Under the pieces are notes generated by a model that saw only the letters and a list, made by a program, of their open reading frames with translations, ran no database searches and was not told the origin of the DNA. Both the position numbers and the translations under genes were made by a program. Shown piece by piece: positions 1 through 9,393 of a DNA stretch of 64,000 bases. This DNA comes from an uncultured delta proteobacterium (lineage in GTDB: Bacteria; Desulfobacterota; Desulfomonilia; Desulfomonilales; Desulfomonilaceae): assembly GCA_963789265.1 (NCBI GenBank), contig CAWBKB010000007.1, forward strand, positions 320,001 to 384,000. The letters run 5' to 3'. Position 1 is the first letter of the stretch; each line of letters opens with the position of its first letter.

Positions 1-356
1 AGAAATCGGAATGGATGCCACTGGGAGTCTTCGCCGTGCAGCGTCCGAATGCGGACTCTCCCCACGCGATGCTGCAACTCGCGATAAGTAAAGAAGGTGC
101 AATTGCCGGAACCTTTTACAATTTGGCCACCGAAAAGATCCGACCGGTTCATGGGTCGGTGGACAAGCAGACCCAACGAGTTGCGTGGACTATGGGCAAT
201 GGTAATGGTGGAAGGATGATTATGGAGACAGGGGTGAACAATCTTACACAGAACCAAACGCAGGTGCTGGTGCATCTTGGACCGAACAATACTAAGAAAT
301 GGTTTCTGGTGCGGATGGAAGCACCCAACTCCAGTTCTGTCGCAAGCAAACGATGA
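1..356 (+). CDS. 3' part of a hypothetical protein (EWMPLGVF...LQLAISKEG motif), truncated by the window edge
   Basis: Frame is open from position 3 (KSEWMPLGVF...) to TGA at 356; protein-like composition. Confidence 0.7.
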   Translation, partial: KSEWMPLGVFAVQRPNADSPHAMLQLAISKEGAIAGTFYNLATEKIRPVHGSVDKQTQRVAWTMGNGNGGRMIMETGVNNLTQNQTQVLVHLGPNNTKKWFLVRMEAPNSSSVASKR

Positions 357-839
357 ACATTTTAGATGCGGGCATAGTGCGGTGGACACCGGACAGCGTG
401 GAGAGCAGGAAAGCTGAACTCTTAACTAACTATAAGTTTGCCCTTATGTAGGACTCAGGTCCGCGCGTGAAGCGATGTGTGCCGAACTTAGATATTGTAT
501 CGTGTTTGCTGAGATGCCGCGAAATTCCTGAGCCGAAATGACTGGGGCAAGCTGCAGCGTACAGATAATCTGTAGGTCGCGCCGCGAAACAAGGGGACGA
601 AATTGACCACATAAGAGGTCTCGGCCGGAAATTTCCCCTTGACACATTTCGGGTGATCACAAAATGCCTGTACTGGCTCCGTATAGGAAGGCGGTCCATA
701 GCGGGTAGCAAGCCAAATGCGATTTGCGGTTTCAATATCCTCAGCCTTACAAGACCATTCATTCGCTCGGAAATCGTCGACAGGTTCGTCTGAGAGCGCC
801 GGGCTTATACCCGGGAGCATGAGGAAGAAGTCGGTTGAC

Positions 840-910
840 ATCTCCCGACAACCCCGCCGGAATGAACCGGAGTCATATCTCTCCCGACTCCCTCTCGGGA
901 GGTTTAGACT
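840..910. repeat. Copy 1 of a ~70-bp diverged repeat with two hairpins
   Basis: Shares cccgacaaccccgccg and cgactcccNNtcgggaggtt with 2399-2470. Confidence 0.75.
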
Positions 911-1131
911 TCACGGAATTTCAGTTGACGGCGGGGCTCACAGTGAAGTACGGTCGAGATGACCAAAACGATGCTTATTCAGCAACGTGCCTGCGGTCTA
1001 GTATCTGTCCAGTCTTGTGGACGACCACGGTCGGACTTTTCAAGTCTGAGGAACCAAGCCGCGACTGTTCACAAGCTCTACAAAAACTGGCAAATGCCGA
1101 GACTCGGCACAATTCCCACTAGGAGGTCCTG

Positions 1132-2259
1132 ATGAAAAGGGTTTTGGTAATGCTTATGATCTCGTGCTTCGCTGTCGCTCTAGTTGCGCTCTTGCTACCA
1201 CAAGAGGGGCTTGCATGCACGAGTTTCCAGGTCAAGGCAAATGACGGGACGGTAGTCATCGGACGTTCCAACGAATTCGGCATAGATGCCCATTCGCAGA
1301 TAGTGTTCGAGCCCGCGGGTAAGGAGTTCATGAGCAAAACCCCTGATGGCAAGGCCGGTAATAGCTGGACGACCCGATACGCATTCCTGGGTATAAACGG
1401 CCTCGGGCTTGTAGAGAGTTTCGGGGACGGCATGAACGAGGCTGGCCTCTCAGTGGAGGGACTTTTCTTTGAGGAAAGTAGGTATGAAGCGGTGGACCAG
1501 AAGGACACCCCCAAAGCGGTCAGTAGCAATGACTTCATATCATGGATTTTGGGCAATTTCGCGACAATCGATGATCTGAAACGAGAATTGCCCAATGTCC
1601 GTGTTTGGGGAGAGATGGTTGAGCAACTCGGCGGGCCGCTGCCGCTACATTTTGTAGTTCATGATGCCTCGGGAAAGTGCCTGGTCATCGAGTTTATAAG
1701 CGGAGAAAAGAAGGTCTATGATAATCCCATAGGAGTTATGACCAACATGCCCGAATTACCGTGGCAGATCACTAATCTCCGAAACTACCTAAACTTGAAC
1801 ACTTTCATTCCAAAGGCAAAGGACTTCAACGGAGTCTCGATCAAGCCCACGGGTACGGGCAGCGGTTGGCTCGGCGTGCCCGGAGATTGGAGCCCTCCTT
1901 CGCGCTTCGTTCGAATCGCCTACCTCGTGAACGCCTGTTCTCCGCCTAAGGATGGTAAAGGGGCGCTCAATTTAGCCAAGCATATACTCAATACGGTTGA
2001 TATTGCCCTGAACAGTGTTGAAGCCAGCATCAAGGCTAAGGGCAGTACCGACTCCGCAGCAAAAGAGTATACCCAGTGGTCGGTCCTGCTCGATCTGACC
2101 AATAGAGTCATGTATTACTACTCTTATAACGACATGAACGTGAAATCACTCGATCTTAGAAAGATGGCTGCCAGCAAGAGTCAGAAGGTCAAGGTCCTAC
2201 CAATTTCTGGAGAGTTCTCTGCCACGGACATGACCGATAAGCTCACGGATCTGAAGTAA
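1132..2259 (+). CDS. Exported choloylglycine hydrolase / penicillin V acylase family Ntn-hydrolase
   Basis: Signal peptide followed by catalytic N-terminal Cys (GLA-CTSF); GRSNEF, DGMNEAGL, VMTN and PGDWSPPSRFVR motifs; AGGAGG RBS. Confidence 0.92.
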   Translation: MKRVLVMLMISCFAVALVALLLPQEGLACTSFQVKANDGTVVIGRSNEFGIDAHSQIVFEPAGKEFMSKTPDGKAGNSWTTRYAFLGINGLGLVESFGDGMNEAGLSVEGLFFEESRYEAVDQKDTPKAVSSNDFISWILGNFATIDDLKRELPNVRVWGEMVEQLGGPLPLHFVVHDASGKCLVIEFISGEKKVYDNPIGVMTNMPELPWQITNLRNYLNLNTFIPKAKDFNGVSIKPTGTGSGWLGVPGDWSPPSRFVRIAYLVNACSPPKDGKGALNLAKHILNTVDIALNSVEASIKAKGSTDSAAKEYTQWSVLLDLTNRVMYYYSYNDMNVKSLDLRKMAASKSQKVKVLPISGEFSATDMTDKLTDLK

Positions 2260-2398
2260 TGCCTATGTGAGAGCCCGTTGTAAAACCTTACAAGGGGCCT
2301 GACTGCCGCGCGGAATTCGGACGTGCGCCAGTGGGATTCTGCATATTGCAGACCAAAGAAGACAACTGATGGCTGGTTAACGGATCGAGGGATTTGGT

Positions 2399-2470
2399 AT
2401 CCCCCGACAACCCCGCCGATTTTCATCGGACGCGCTACCTCTAGCGACTCCCATTCGGGAGGTTCAGGCT
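2399..2470. repeat. Copy 2 of the ~70-bp diverged two-hairpin repeat
   Basis: Aligns with 840-910 in the same orientation. Confidence 0.75.
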
Positions 2471-2696
2471 CTGGACCATTGGAGGAAGGGTAGCACTCAA
2501 TTTCACATGCCGTTTTACTGGAGTCTAAACGTTTACTAAGACCGATCCCGAGAGAGTGAATAACCAGCTTCCGAGACGATATGGCCAAACGAAAGACCTC
2601 ATTTCGTGTCCATATCAACCTTGAGCCCTTCAACCATTCTCCTAACTTGCTTGGGGATATTTCCGTTTTTTTTTTGCACTGACCAGTAACGTGAAA

Positions 2697-3029
2697 TCAA
2701 GGTAAGAAAGAAGCTCTTGTCTGCGCCGTAAGCATTTCAACTATCCTCCTTTTGGCCCCCATAACCTTCACATAAAGCTCCAAAGCCCGTTCCAGATGAT
2801 AAGTGTTTGAGCCCTTGAATTTATGAATTTCGTTTAGCCGACCGACCGGAAGACTGCCCGCAAAGACTCTTGTTTTAATCGTGGCATATCCCTTCAAGCG
2901 CCCGCCAGTCCATTCCTTGTGATGCACTTCAATTGAGTCCAGCACTTTTCTGACGCCCTGCAAAATCTGCTTTTCAGATAGATCCGAGGTATGACCGCCT
3001 TTGTAAGCATACGCTTTCAGGGTAGTTCC
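2697..3029 (-). pseudogene. C-terminal fragment of an unknown gene, cut by the inverted-repeat element at 3030
   Basis: Frame (TTLKAYAYKGG...ILQGVRKVLDS...) stays open up to the element boundary and has no credible start or RBS. Confidence 0.45.
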
Positions 3030-3195
3030 GGGGACACCATACTTAATTCATTGCCTGCCTCCGGTGGATCGGTGCATGCGCCGATGCCATGAGCGGTTCG
3101 CGGGCGAGCGTTGAGGGAGAGCGTCCGGTGAGGCACACTGGAAATGGAAGCCAAACCCTAAGCCGCAAAGCGAAAGAATTAAGTATGGTGTCCCC
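3030..3195. mobile_element. REPIN/MITE-like element with 20-bp perfect terminal inverted repeats
   Basis: ggggacaccatacttaattc (3030-3049) is the exact reverse complement of gaattaagtatggtgtcccc (3176-3195). Confidence 0.8.
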
Positions 3196-3228
3196 TGAAT
3201 TAACCTAAGAGCCGACTTGAAGGCGATC

Positions 3229-3248
3229 ATGCAACCAAAAGGTTGCAT
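3229..3248. promoter_or_regulatory. Palindromic operator, probably for the downstream ArsR regulator
   Basis: Perfect atgcaacc-aaaa-ggttgcat, overlapping a TTGCAT-N16-TATACT promoter candidate upstream of SRPBCC-arsR. Confidence 0.75.
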
Positions 3249-3288
3249 TTTGCGCCCTGGAGATTATACTACGATCAGGAGGTGCATC

Positions 3289-3751
3289 ATGAACACTTCA
3301 ACAGATCGCATTGAAAGAAAAATCCTGCTCAAGGCGTCGCGTTTCGCGAGTCTGGCGCGCTATATCGAATGCCGAGGAATTCGGCGACTGGTTCGGTGTG
3401 GCGCTAAAGGGAAAAACCTTCGCAGCCGGTCAACGTGTGCAGGGACAGGTTACTCATCCCTGTTACGAAGACGCGGTTTTTGACGTGCTGATCGAACAGT
3501 TGGAGCCGGAACGCTTGCTTTCGTGGCGCTGGCATCCCTACCCCGCTGATCCCTCAGTTGACTATTCGAAAGAACCGACCACGTTGGTCGTATTCGAGTT
3601 GGAGGAAGTCGAGGGAGGCACCTTGCTGACCGTCGTTGAATCCGGCTTTGACAATATCCCGCCGTCCCGTCGCTTGGAAGCATTCCGCATGAACAGCGGC
3701 GGTTGGGACGAACAGATGAAGAACATTGAAAACCATGTCGCTACGCCGTAG
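3289..3751 (+). CDS. SRPBCC/AHSA1 family protein (one frameshift near 3340)
   Basis: AGGAGG + ATG 3289 (MNTSTDRIERKILLKAS) continues in another frame as RVWRAISNAEEFGDWFG...TLLTVVESGF...GGW. Confidence 0.88.
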
Positions 3752-4100
3752 CAGACCGTCGAACAAGGCGCAGCCGAAGGACACGTCGCTGCTGAATTCT
3801 GCGCCGCTCTTCGCGGCGCTCGGGGACGAGACGCGCCTGCGCCTGATCGGGGTCCTTTTAGCAGGTGGGGCGTTGTCGATTACACAGCTCACAGCCGGAA
3901 CGGAAATCACTCGCCAGGCTGTCACGAAACATCTACTCGTGCTCGCGGATGCAGGCTTGGTGCGCGACATCAAAGTCGGCCGCGAACGTCTGTGGGAGTT
4001 CGAACCAACGCAACTGGAAGAAGCGAGGCGCTCGCTCGACGTGATCGCGGCACAGTGGGATCACGCACTCGAAAAACTAAAGATGGCTGTGGAACGTTGA
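3735..4100 (+). CDS. ArsR/SmtB family transcriptional regulator
   Basis: FAALGDETRLRL, ITRQAVTKHLLVLADAGLV and KVGRER motifs; overlaps the SRPBCC stop. Confidence 0.92.
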   Translation: MSLRRSRPSNKAQPKDTSLLNSAPLFAALGDETRLRLIGVLLAGGALSITQLTAGTEITRQAVTKHLLVLADAGLVRDIKVGRERLWEFEPTQLEEARRSLDVIAAQWDHALEKLKMAVER

Positions 4101-4164
4101 ATCCCTACCTGAACGAATCTGCGAGCGGAGGAGGGAGCAATACCGAGTTCCGAGAACAAATATA

Positions 4165-4254
4165 GGGGACACAACACCATTTCTTGAGAATATTTGCCTG
4201 GTCAATCTCGCCCCCGTATGGACGGTCACAACGAATTAATTAGTATCATGCCCC
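4165..4254. repeat. Degenerate GGGGACAC...(T)GCCCC inverted-repeat element related to 3030-3195
   Basis: ggggacacaacaccattt ... aattagtatcatgcccc. Confidence 0.5.
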
Positions 4255-4343
4255 TCTTTCATTATATGTGCTCACGGCGGGACTGAGCGAACGCCTTGGG
4301 AAAAAAAGTTGGGGCGGGCAGTATGGCCCATAGGAGTTTTTAG

Positions 4344-5168
4344 ATGAAATTTTCATTTGTCCAACCGAGACTCGAGTTACGCCCGTATATTGAATCCTTA
4401 TGGGTTTTTGAAAGCGCTAATGGAATGCCAGCGGGTGACACGAGCTTGTGCGTGCCGAATGGCTGCCCCAAACTCATTATTCCATACGAGAATTCGTTCA
4501 TAGCAGTTGCCGATAACCGCTTTCAAGTGGGCCAAGAGGGCGCTTTATATTTTTATGGCGTACAGGACAACTCGGCAATCATCCGATCTAGTTGCAGTAA
4601 AACCGGTTTTGTTGGGATAGATTTTTGTCCTTTTGGCGCCTATCCTTTTCTTGGAATACCCATGAATGAGTTTGCTAACCAGGGTCTGGAGTTAGATGAG
4701 ATCTTCGCTCATTGGGGCCGTGAAGTCCGCGAAACTCTTGGTAATCTGGAGAAAGTGGAGCAAAAAGTAGATTTTGTCCAGGACCAATTGCTAGAGCTAT
4801 TACGAAAGAACCAACGTCACAACGCCCTCATTGAGTTTTGCGTCACGACTTTGAAATTGGCCGATGGCCGGATGCCAGTCCACGAATTGGAGCGGAGAAC
4901 CGGCTACACTCGGCGGTACTTGGACCTGCTGTTCAAACAGCACGTCGGTTTTTCTCCAAAGGCTCTCGCCGGCATCTTCCGCTTTCAGAAGTTTTACCGG
5001 CACTGGGCGGGGGGGGTGTCCTTCACCGAACTGAAAAAGGAATTGTATGAGTATTACTATGACCAGGCCCACTTCACGAAAGAGTTTAAAAAAATGACTG
5101 GCTACTCTCCTCGGCAATTTACGGACGAAATTTTGAACGAGTTTGGCCGTCGATTATCCCTCAAGTAG
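4344..5168 (+). CDS. AraC family transcriptional regulator (DUF6597-type N-terminus)
   Basis: N-terminal PRLELRPYIESLW/VPNG; C-terminal FKQHVGFSPK...YYDQAHFTKEFKKMTGYSP. Confidence 0.92.
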   Translation: MKFSFVQPRLELRPYIESLWVFESANGMPAGDTSLCVPNGCPKLIIPYENSFIAVADNRFQVGQEGALYFYGVQDNSAIIRSSCSKTGFVGIDFCPFGAYPFLGIPMNEFANQGLELDEIFAHWGREVRETLGNLEKVEQKVDFVQDQLLELLRKNQRHNALIEFCVTTLKLADGRMPVHELERRTGYTRRYLDLLFKQHVGFSPKALAGIFRFQKFYRHWAGGVSFTELKKELYEYYYDQAHFTKEFKKMTGYSPRQFTDEILNEFGRRLSLK

Positions 5169-5385
5169 CATTTCCCATTTTTACAATACAGCACTCACCT
5201 TAGTTGCTAACGTATTGTCAGGGCGTACCTAGTGGATCACGTACAAGATAACTATCCGACACCAGGGAGAAAACCCAATGGCGCCCATCAAAGATACGCA
5301 GGAGAGGCCGGTCGAAAGCTAGATCAATTGCGCCGTGGACAACCACAACCCAGGCCATCAATGGCCGTTTAAGAAGGAGGCCAAA

Positions 5386-6162
5386 ATGAGAAAGATGCAG
5401 ATAATTGTAGTAATTGCAGGTCTCTTGTTCGCGCTCACGGCGAGCGCGGCAGATAAACAGACCTCCAGCGCGATGCATAAAATCAAACCGTTGCCGCGCG
5501 ATTTAGAAATTCAGCTAGCCCTGAGCGCATTGCCGCCGCACCTCAGAGACAACGCAACAGTATACGTTCTAAACCCTGACAAGGGCTTCGAAGTTGCCCG
5601 CAAGGGTACTAATGGATTCCACACCTTTGTTGCCCGAACCGGCGATGATACGTTCAGGGGCTCCTGGCCCTTTACGAAATATAGAGATGATATTCTCTAC
5701 CCGGTTTCCTTTGACAAAGCGGGCACCAAGGCACAGATGCGAGTCTTTTTCGACGCAGCAAAGATGCAGGCCAAGGGTACACCTCCCGGCGAACTAAAGA
5801 AAATCATCAAAGACCGTTACAAAACAGGATACTATAAGGCGCCGGAACGAGCCGGCATCTCATACATGCTGTCTCCAATACTGAGGACGTACTTCAACCC
5901 GGAAGAAAGCGACCGTGTCGTCACCATGAACTATCCACACGTCATGTACTACGCCCCAAATGTATCCAATAAAGACATAGGAGGCGGGAAACTCGGCGGC
6001 ATGTATCCTTTTGTTATAATGCCGGGCCCTCATGGATACATGATCCAGCCTATCGACCTGACGGTAAGAGCCGCTATTAATAAAGAATACAAAGGGATGC
6101 TCGAAAGATTGTGCAAAATCAAAGAAGTGTGGTGTTTGCCAAAAGAGAAAGGTCAATATTGA
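5386..6162 (+). CDS. Conserved exported hypothetical protein
   Basis: AAGGAGG RBS, signal peptide, EIQLALSALPPHLR..ATVYVL and GISYMLS...PHVMYYAP motifs. Confidence 0.8.
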   Translation: MRKMQIIVVIAGLLFALTASAADKQTSSAMHKIKPLPRDLEIQLALSALPPHLRDNATVYVLNPDKGFEVARKGTNGFHTFVARTGDDTFRGSWPFTKYRDDILYPVSFDKAGTKAQMRVFFDAAKMQAKGTPPGELKKIIKDRYKTGYYKAPERAGISYMLSPILRTYFNPEESDRVVTMNYPHVMYYAPNVSNKDIGGGKLGGMYPFVIMPGPHGYMIQPIDLTVRAAINKEYKGMLERLCKIKEVWCLPKEKGQY

Positions 6163-6173
6163 CGCGATCCGAG

Positions 6174-6208
6174 CTGCTGTCGTTGCTGTCCACCAGCAAC
6201 GACAGCAG
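6174..6208. terminator. Perfect 15-bp stem hairpin just after the 5386-6162 gene (terminator or mRNA-stabilising stem)
   Basis: ctgctgtcgttgctg-tccac-cagcaacgacagcag; no U-tract. Confidence 0.45.
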
Positions 6209-6356
6209 GAATGACGATCCGGGAGTGGCAGGAAGAAACGGCCTCGGCTTCGACGGCTGACGACGCTGACCGAAGCGACTAATGTGGCTCAAAAAACGCT
6301 ATGCCTTACCAGCGCATGCCGTTGTGGAGTCCACCATTAAATAAAGGAGTAAGACT

Positions 6357-6734
6357 ATGTTCAAAGATACTAAGGCATTTAGTAGCTTTTCGGTAAACGA
6401 CCAGCGAAAGGCGAAAGAATTCTACGGTCAGACACTCGGATTGGAGATTTCCGAAATACCTGAGGGGTTGGAACTGCACATTGCGAGCGGCGCCAGGATA
6501 TTTATATATCCCAAGCCTAACCACATTCCAGCAACGTTCACGATTCTTAATTTTCCGGTAGGTAATGTTGAAGAAGCCGTAAATGAGCTAACCAAGCTCG
6601 GCGTGCGTTTTGAGAATTATGATGAAGGCGACATCAAGACGGATGAAAGAGGTATTTTCAGCGATGGGATTCATAAGATGGCGTGGTTCAAAGATCCTGC
6701 CGGCAACATTCTGTCCGTACTTGAGGAAAGATGA
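6357..6734 (+). CDS. VOC/glyoxalase family protein
   Basis: [24 protein letters not shown] and [13 protein letters not shown] motifs; AAGGAG RBS. Confidence 0.92.
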   Translation: MFKDTKAFSSFSVNDQRKAKEFYGQTLGLEISEIPEGLELHIASGARIFIYPKPNHIPATFTILNFPVGNVEEAVNELTKLGVRFENYDEGDIKTDERGIFSDGIHKMAWFKDPAGNILSVLEER

Positions 6735-6942
6735 CCATGATTATCGAACGTGTGTAACTCCGCGATAGTATGCTAAAGGCTGTTGTCAAAAATTATGTCC
6801 GATTTGATCGCCGCGACCCAGCCCGCATGGGATGAGATGATCCTGCGAATCGCGGGGAATCCGCATCGCTCGCAATGGAAATTCCGGGGACACGGTACCT
6901 GAATTTGCCGAACACAGGGGGTGAGACAATAGTTCTTTGGAA

Positions 6943-6984
6943 AAGAAAATCCCGCTCCGTGTCGTATGCAATAGGGAGGGATAA
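6943..6984 (+). pseudogene. Last codons of a tyrosine integrase (KKIPLRVVCNREG*)
   Basis: Homologous to the C-terminus RKIPLRLVSNRAG* of the integrase ending at 38483. Confidence 0.8.
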
Positions 6985-6995
6985 TTTATCTTTTT

Positions 6996-7091
6996 TGGCT
7001 ACCCGAGTAGTCCCGCGTTCCGCGGGATCGAATCCCGCCTGATGCGGGATTTCGGCTGAAGCCTCAACCGTTACAACCTAGTGGTCAACAG
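6996..7091 (-). repeat. Degenerate tRNA-Asn 3'-half duplicate (old att site) interrupted by short palindromes
   Basis: tggctacccgagtag...tcgaa...tacaacctagtggtcaacag matches 38495-38537 once the inserted hairpins are removed. Confidence 0.85.
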
Positions 7092-7521
7092 GCATAGGAA
7101 GGAGACATAAAATAACCTAATAGCGCGATGTTGACTTGCCATAACCGTTCCGACCAAGCACGGCATATCAGCATGCTGCATCACCGAAGGTAACAAATTG
7201 GTGACAGATTATAACGTGCCCCTCTCCCCGTACTCAGTTAGGAAAAACCTGAACATGTTCTGAACAAGCAGCGGCGTGGAGAGGCGTGGTCATCCTCGCC
7301 CCGCTAATACGCTTTGCCTGTCCATCCCACAGGGCCGGCTGCGCCTGGAATTAGGGGTTCAATGCGATCTGTTATTTTCGACACATACTGAATCCCCGAT
7401 AAAGAGTTACCCTCGCCACGCTGTAATGATAAAATTAGACTTTCTGTAACAGCTTCTCCTCTGGACATATAGGCCCGTGACGGTATAGCTTGAGCGCAAG
7501 GCGCAAGAGGTCACTTAAGAG

Positions 7522-8400
7522 ATGGGTTCGGAAATTTCTATAAAGTCAGGAATGTCTCGCATCCTGGAATGGTTAGACCACGAGTCGAAAGGTTTCTTGA
7601 TTCTCATGGCAATCCTCTTGGATGTCTTGATTGGGCTACTAGACCTTTTGACTGGGTACGAGATTTCTTTCTCTATATTCTACGTCCTTCCAGTTTTTTT
7701 GGTCAGCCGCTCCAAGGGTCGAAGCGAAGGAGTTTTAATTTGCTTTGTCTGCGCGGGTACGTGGCTGGCCTGTGATCTGACAACCGGCCCTAATTACTCT
7801 CATGTCTGGATACCGTATTGGAACGCATTGGTGCGGTTTTGTTTCTTTCTCACCGTGAGTTTGTTGCTCGTTTCAATGAGACGTTCCGCGGAATCGTTGG
7901 AAGAGAAGTCCAGGACGGACCCTTTGACGGGTGCAGCTAATCTAAGGGGGTTCCTGGAGCGGGCCCAGACGGAGATCGATAGGTCCTGTAGACACAGATA
8001 TACCATTACTGTGGCGTATTTGGATGTGGACAATTTCAAGACAATCAACGATAGCTTTGGCCACAGCGTAGGTGATGAAGTGTTGGCTCGGGTTGCCGAA
8101 CTGATTTCACAAAACATTCGGAACACGGATATTCTGGGCCGTCTTGGGGGTGATGAATTCGCCATTCTCTTTTCTCAGACTGAGCATGAATCGTCTCAAG
8201 GAATTATGATCCGCATAAAGGAGATCCTTTCGGAAGAGATGAGAGTCAAAGGCTGGCCAGTTACTTTCAGTCTCGGTGTCGTGACGTTCGAAGTTCCTCC
8301 CAACTCAGTAGATGAGATGATAAAAAAGGCTGATGATCTCATGTTCTTGGCCAAAAAAAGTGGCAAGGACATGTTGACTTTTGCGACTGTAGCAGGATGA
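7522..8400 (+). CDS. Membrane-anchored diguanylate cyclase (GGDEF)
   Basis: About four N-terminal TM segments; TDPLTG, DVDNFKTINDSFGH, I-site RNTD and RLGGDEF. Confidence 0.93.
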   Translation: MGSEISIKSGMSRILEWLDHESKGFLILMAILLDVLIGLLDLLTGYEISFSIFYVLPVFLVSRSKGRSEGVLICFVCAGTWLACDLTTGPNYSHVWIPYWNALVRFCFFLTVSLLLVSMRRSAESLEEKSRTDPLTGAANLRGFLERAQTEIDRSCRHRYTITVAYLDVDNFKTINDSFGHSVGDEVLARVAELISQNIRNTDILGRLGGDEFAILFSQTEHESSQGIMIRIKEILSEEMRVKGWPVTFSLGVVTFEVPPNSVDEMIKKADDLMFLAKKSGKDMLTFATVAG

Positions 8401-8838
8401 GACCGCTGAGTGTCAGTCACCGGCCTAGGTTTTCTCTTTTCCGACGCCTTTCAGCCTGAATTAAAAGCAACTGCAAATCCCATTGCGGCCAACGAACTAT
8501 CGCTTGCGTCGCCAAAAACCCCGGAGCCGCCGCAAGCACCTTCGCACCGCCCACAAGCCCCACCTCAAACGGCAAAGGTCACCAGCCGCTAGTCAAGCTG
8601 GGTCGGGTCAAGCAACCTGCCGGTGGCAGGTCTAACCCAACAGGCTTGGGCGCGAAGTTCTCTGTGAATCTCGGAGGGATCAAGGAATACGACGGAAGCA
8701 GTAGTTCCGGGAATACGACGATTTATCGTACCCACGCCAGCCACGGGAGGCGTTGATGGGAGAAGACAGTCGAGCGGAAGCGCGGCAACCCCAGCAGCCG
8801 CCGGGTTGAACCGTGAGCCCATCGTCGCCGAAACGGTC

Positions 8839-9393
8839 TCATGCCGGCTCGCTGTTCGCACCTTTGCGCGCAACGGCAACCGAACGTGGTCGTCGAACCA
8901 TGAACCGCCAGCGATGTCCGACGTGGTGCACGATGAGCAAAAGCGATGCGAGGGAGGAGATGTGGTGGGTATCTATCCAGGGATGCCTGGTGTTGCTCGC
9001 GCGCCCGATAACCGCCGGCCCGAATAGCGGAGACGAGCCTTCCAGCACCAACCACGCAACGAGCCCGGTCAACGCTGCAATGAGGAAGGCGGTGTACATG
9101 ATCAATTCCGAATTGATCGGCCTTCTTGTCCATTTGGTAACGATGTTCGGGAACCTGCTGCGGAACGCTCGCCAATGAAGTCCCACGTGCGTCACCGTGC
9201 CGGTTGCCACGACGGCCGCCGAGAACCTATGCAGGTTAAGCCAGAAAAGTTTGCTCTGACCCAAGGCCGAAATGACAAAAGCCCCGTCGCCTATATGAAA
9301 AGAGACGAGAAGCACGAGCCCGGTCGAAAACGTCAAGAACGAGGCGACGAAGAGGATCCAATCCAAAAGTAGGTTCAATTCTTGTCGTTGCAT
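8839..9393 (-). CDS. DUF4405-type cytochrome b-like membrane protein
   Basis: Two repeats of TG...W..(L/T)H......H..(L/H)(H/R)W within hydrophobic helices. Confidence 0.75.
   Translation of the reverse strand: MQRQELNLLLDWILFVASFLTFSTGLVLLVSFHIGDGAFVISALGQSKLFWLNLHRFSAAVVATGTVTHVGLHWRAFRSRFPNIVTKWTRRPINSELIMYTAFLIAALTGLVAWLVLEGSSPLFGPAVIGRASNTRHPWIDTHHISSLASLLLIVHHVGHRWRFMVRRPRSVAVARKGANSEPA

Noticed and set aside
488..841. 117-aa minus-strand ORF
   Set aside because: No recognisable motif or well-spaced RBS; cannot support or exclude.
840..910. c-di-GMP-I (GEMM) riboswitch on the minus strand (gcggggttgtcg, gtctaaa resemble its 3' part)
   Set aside because: The GGCAAA...GACGCAAAG core is absent.
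2425..2450. Lysine riboswitch-like AGAGGTAGCG on the minus strand
   Set aside because: Not conserved in the other copy and no downstream riboswitch architecture.
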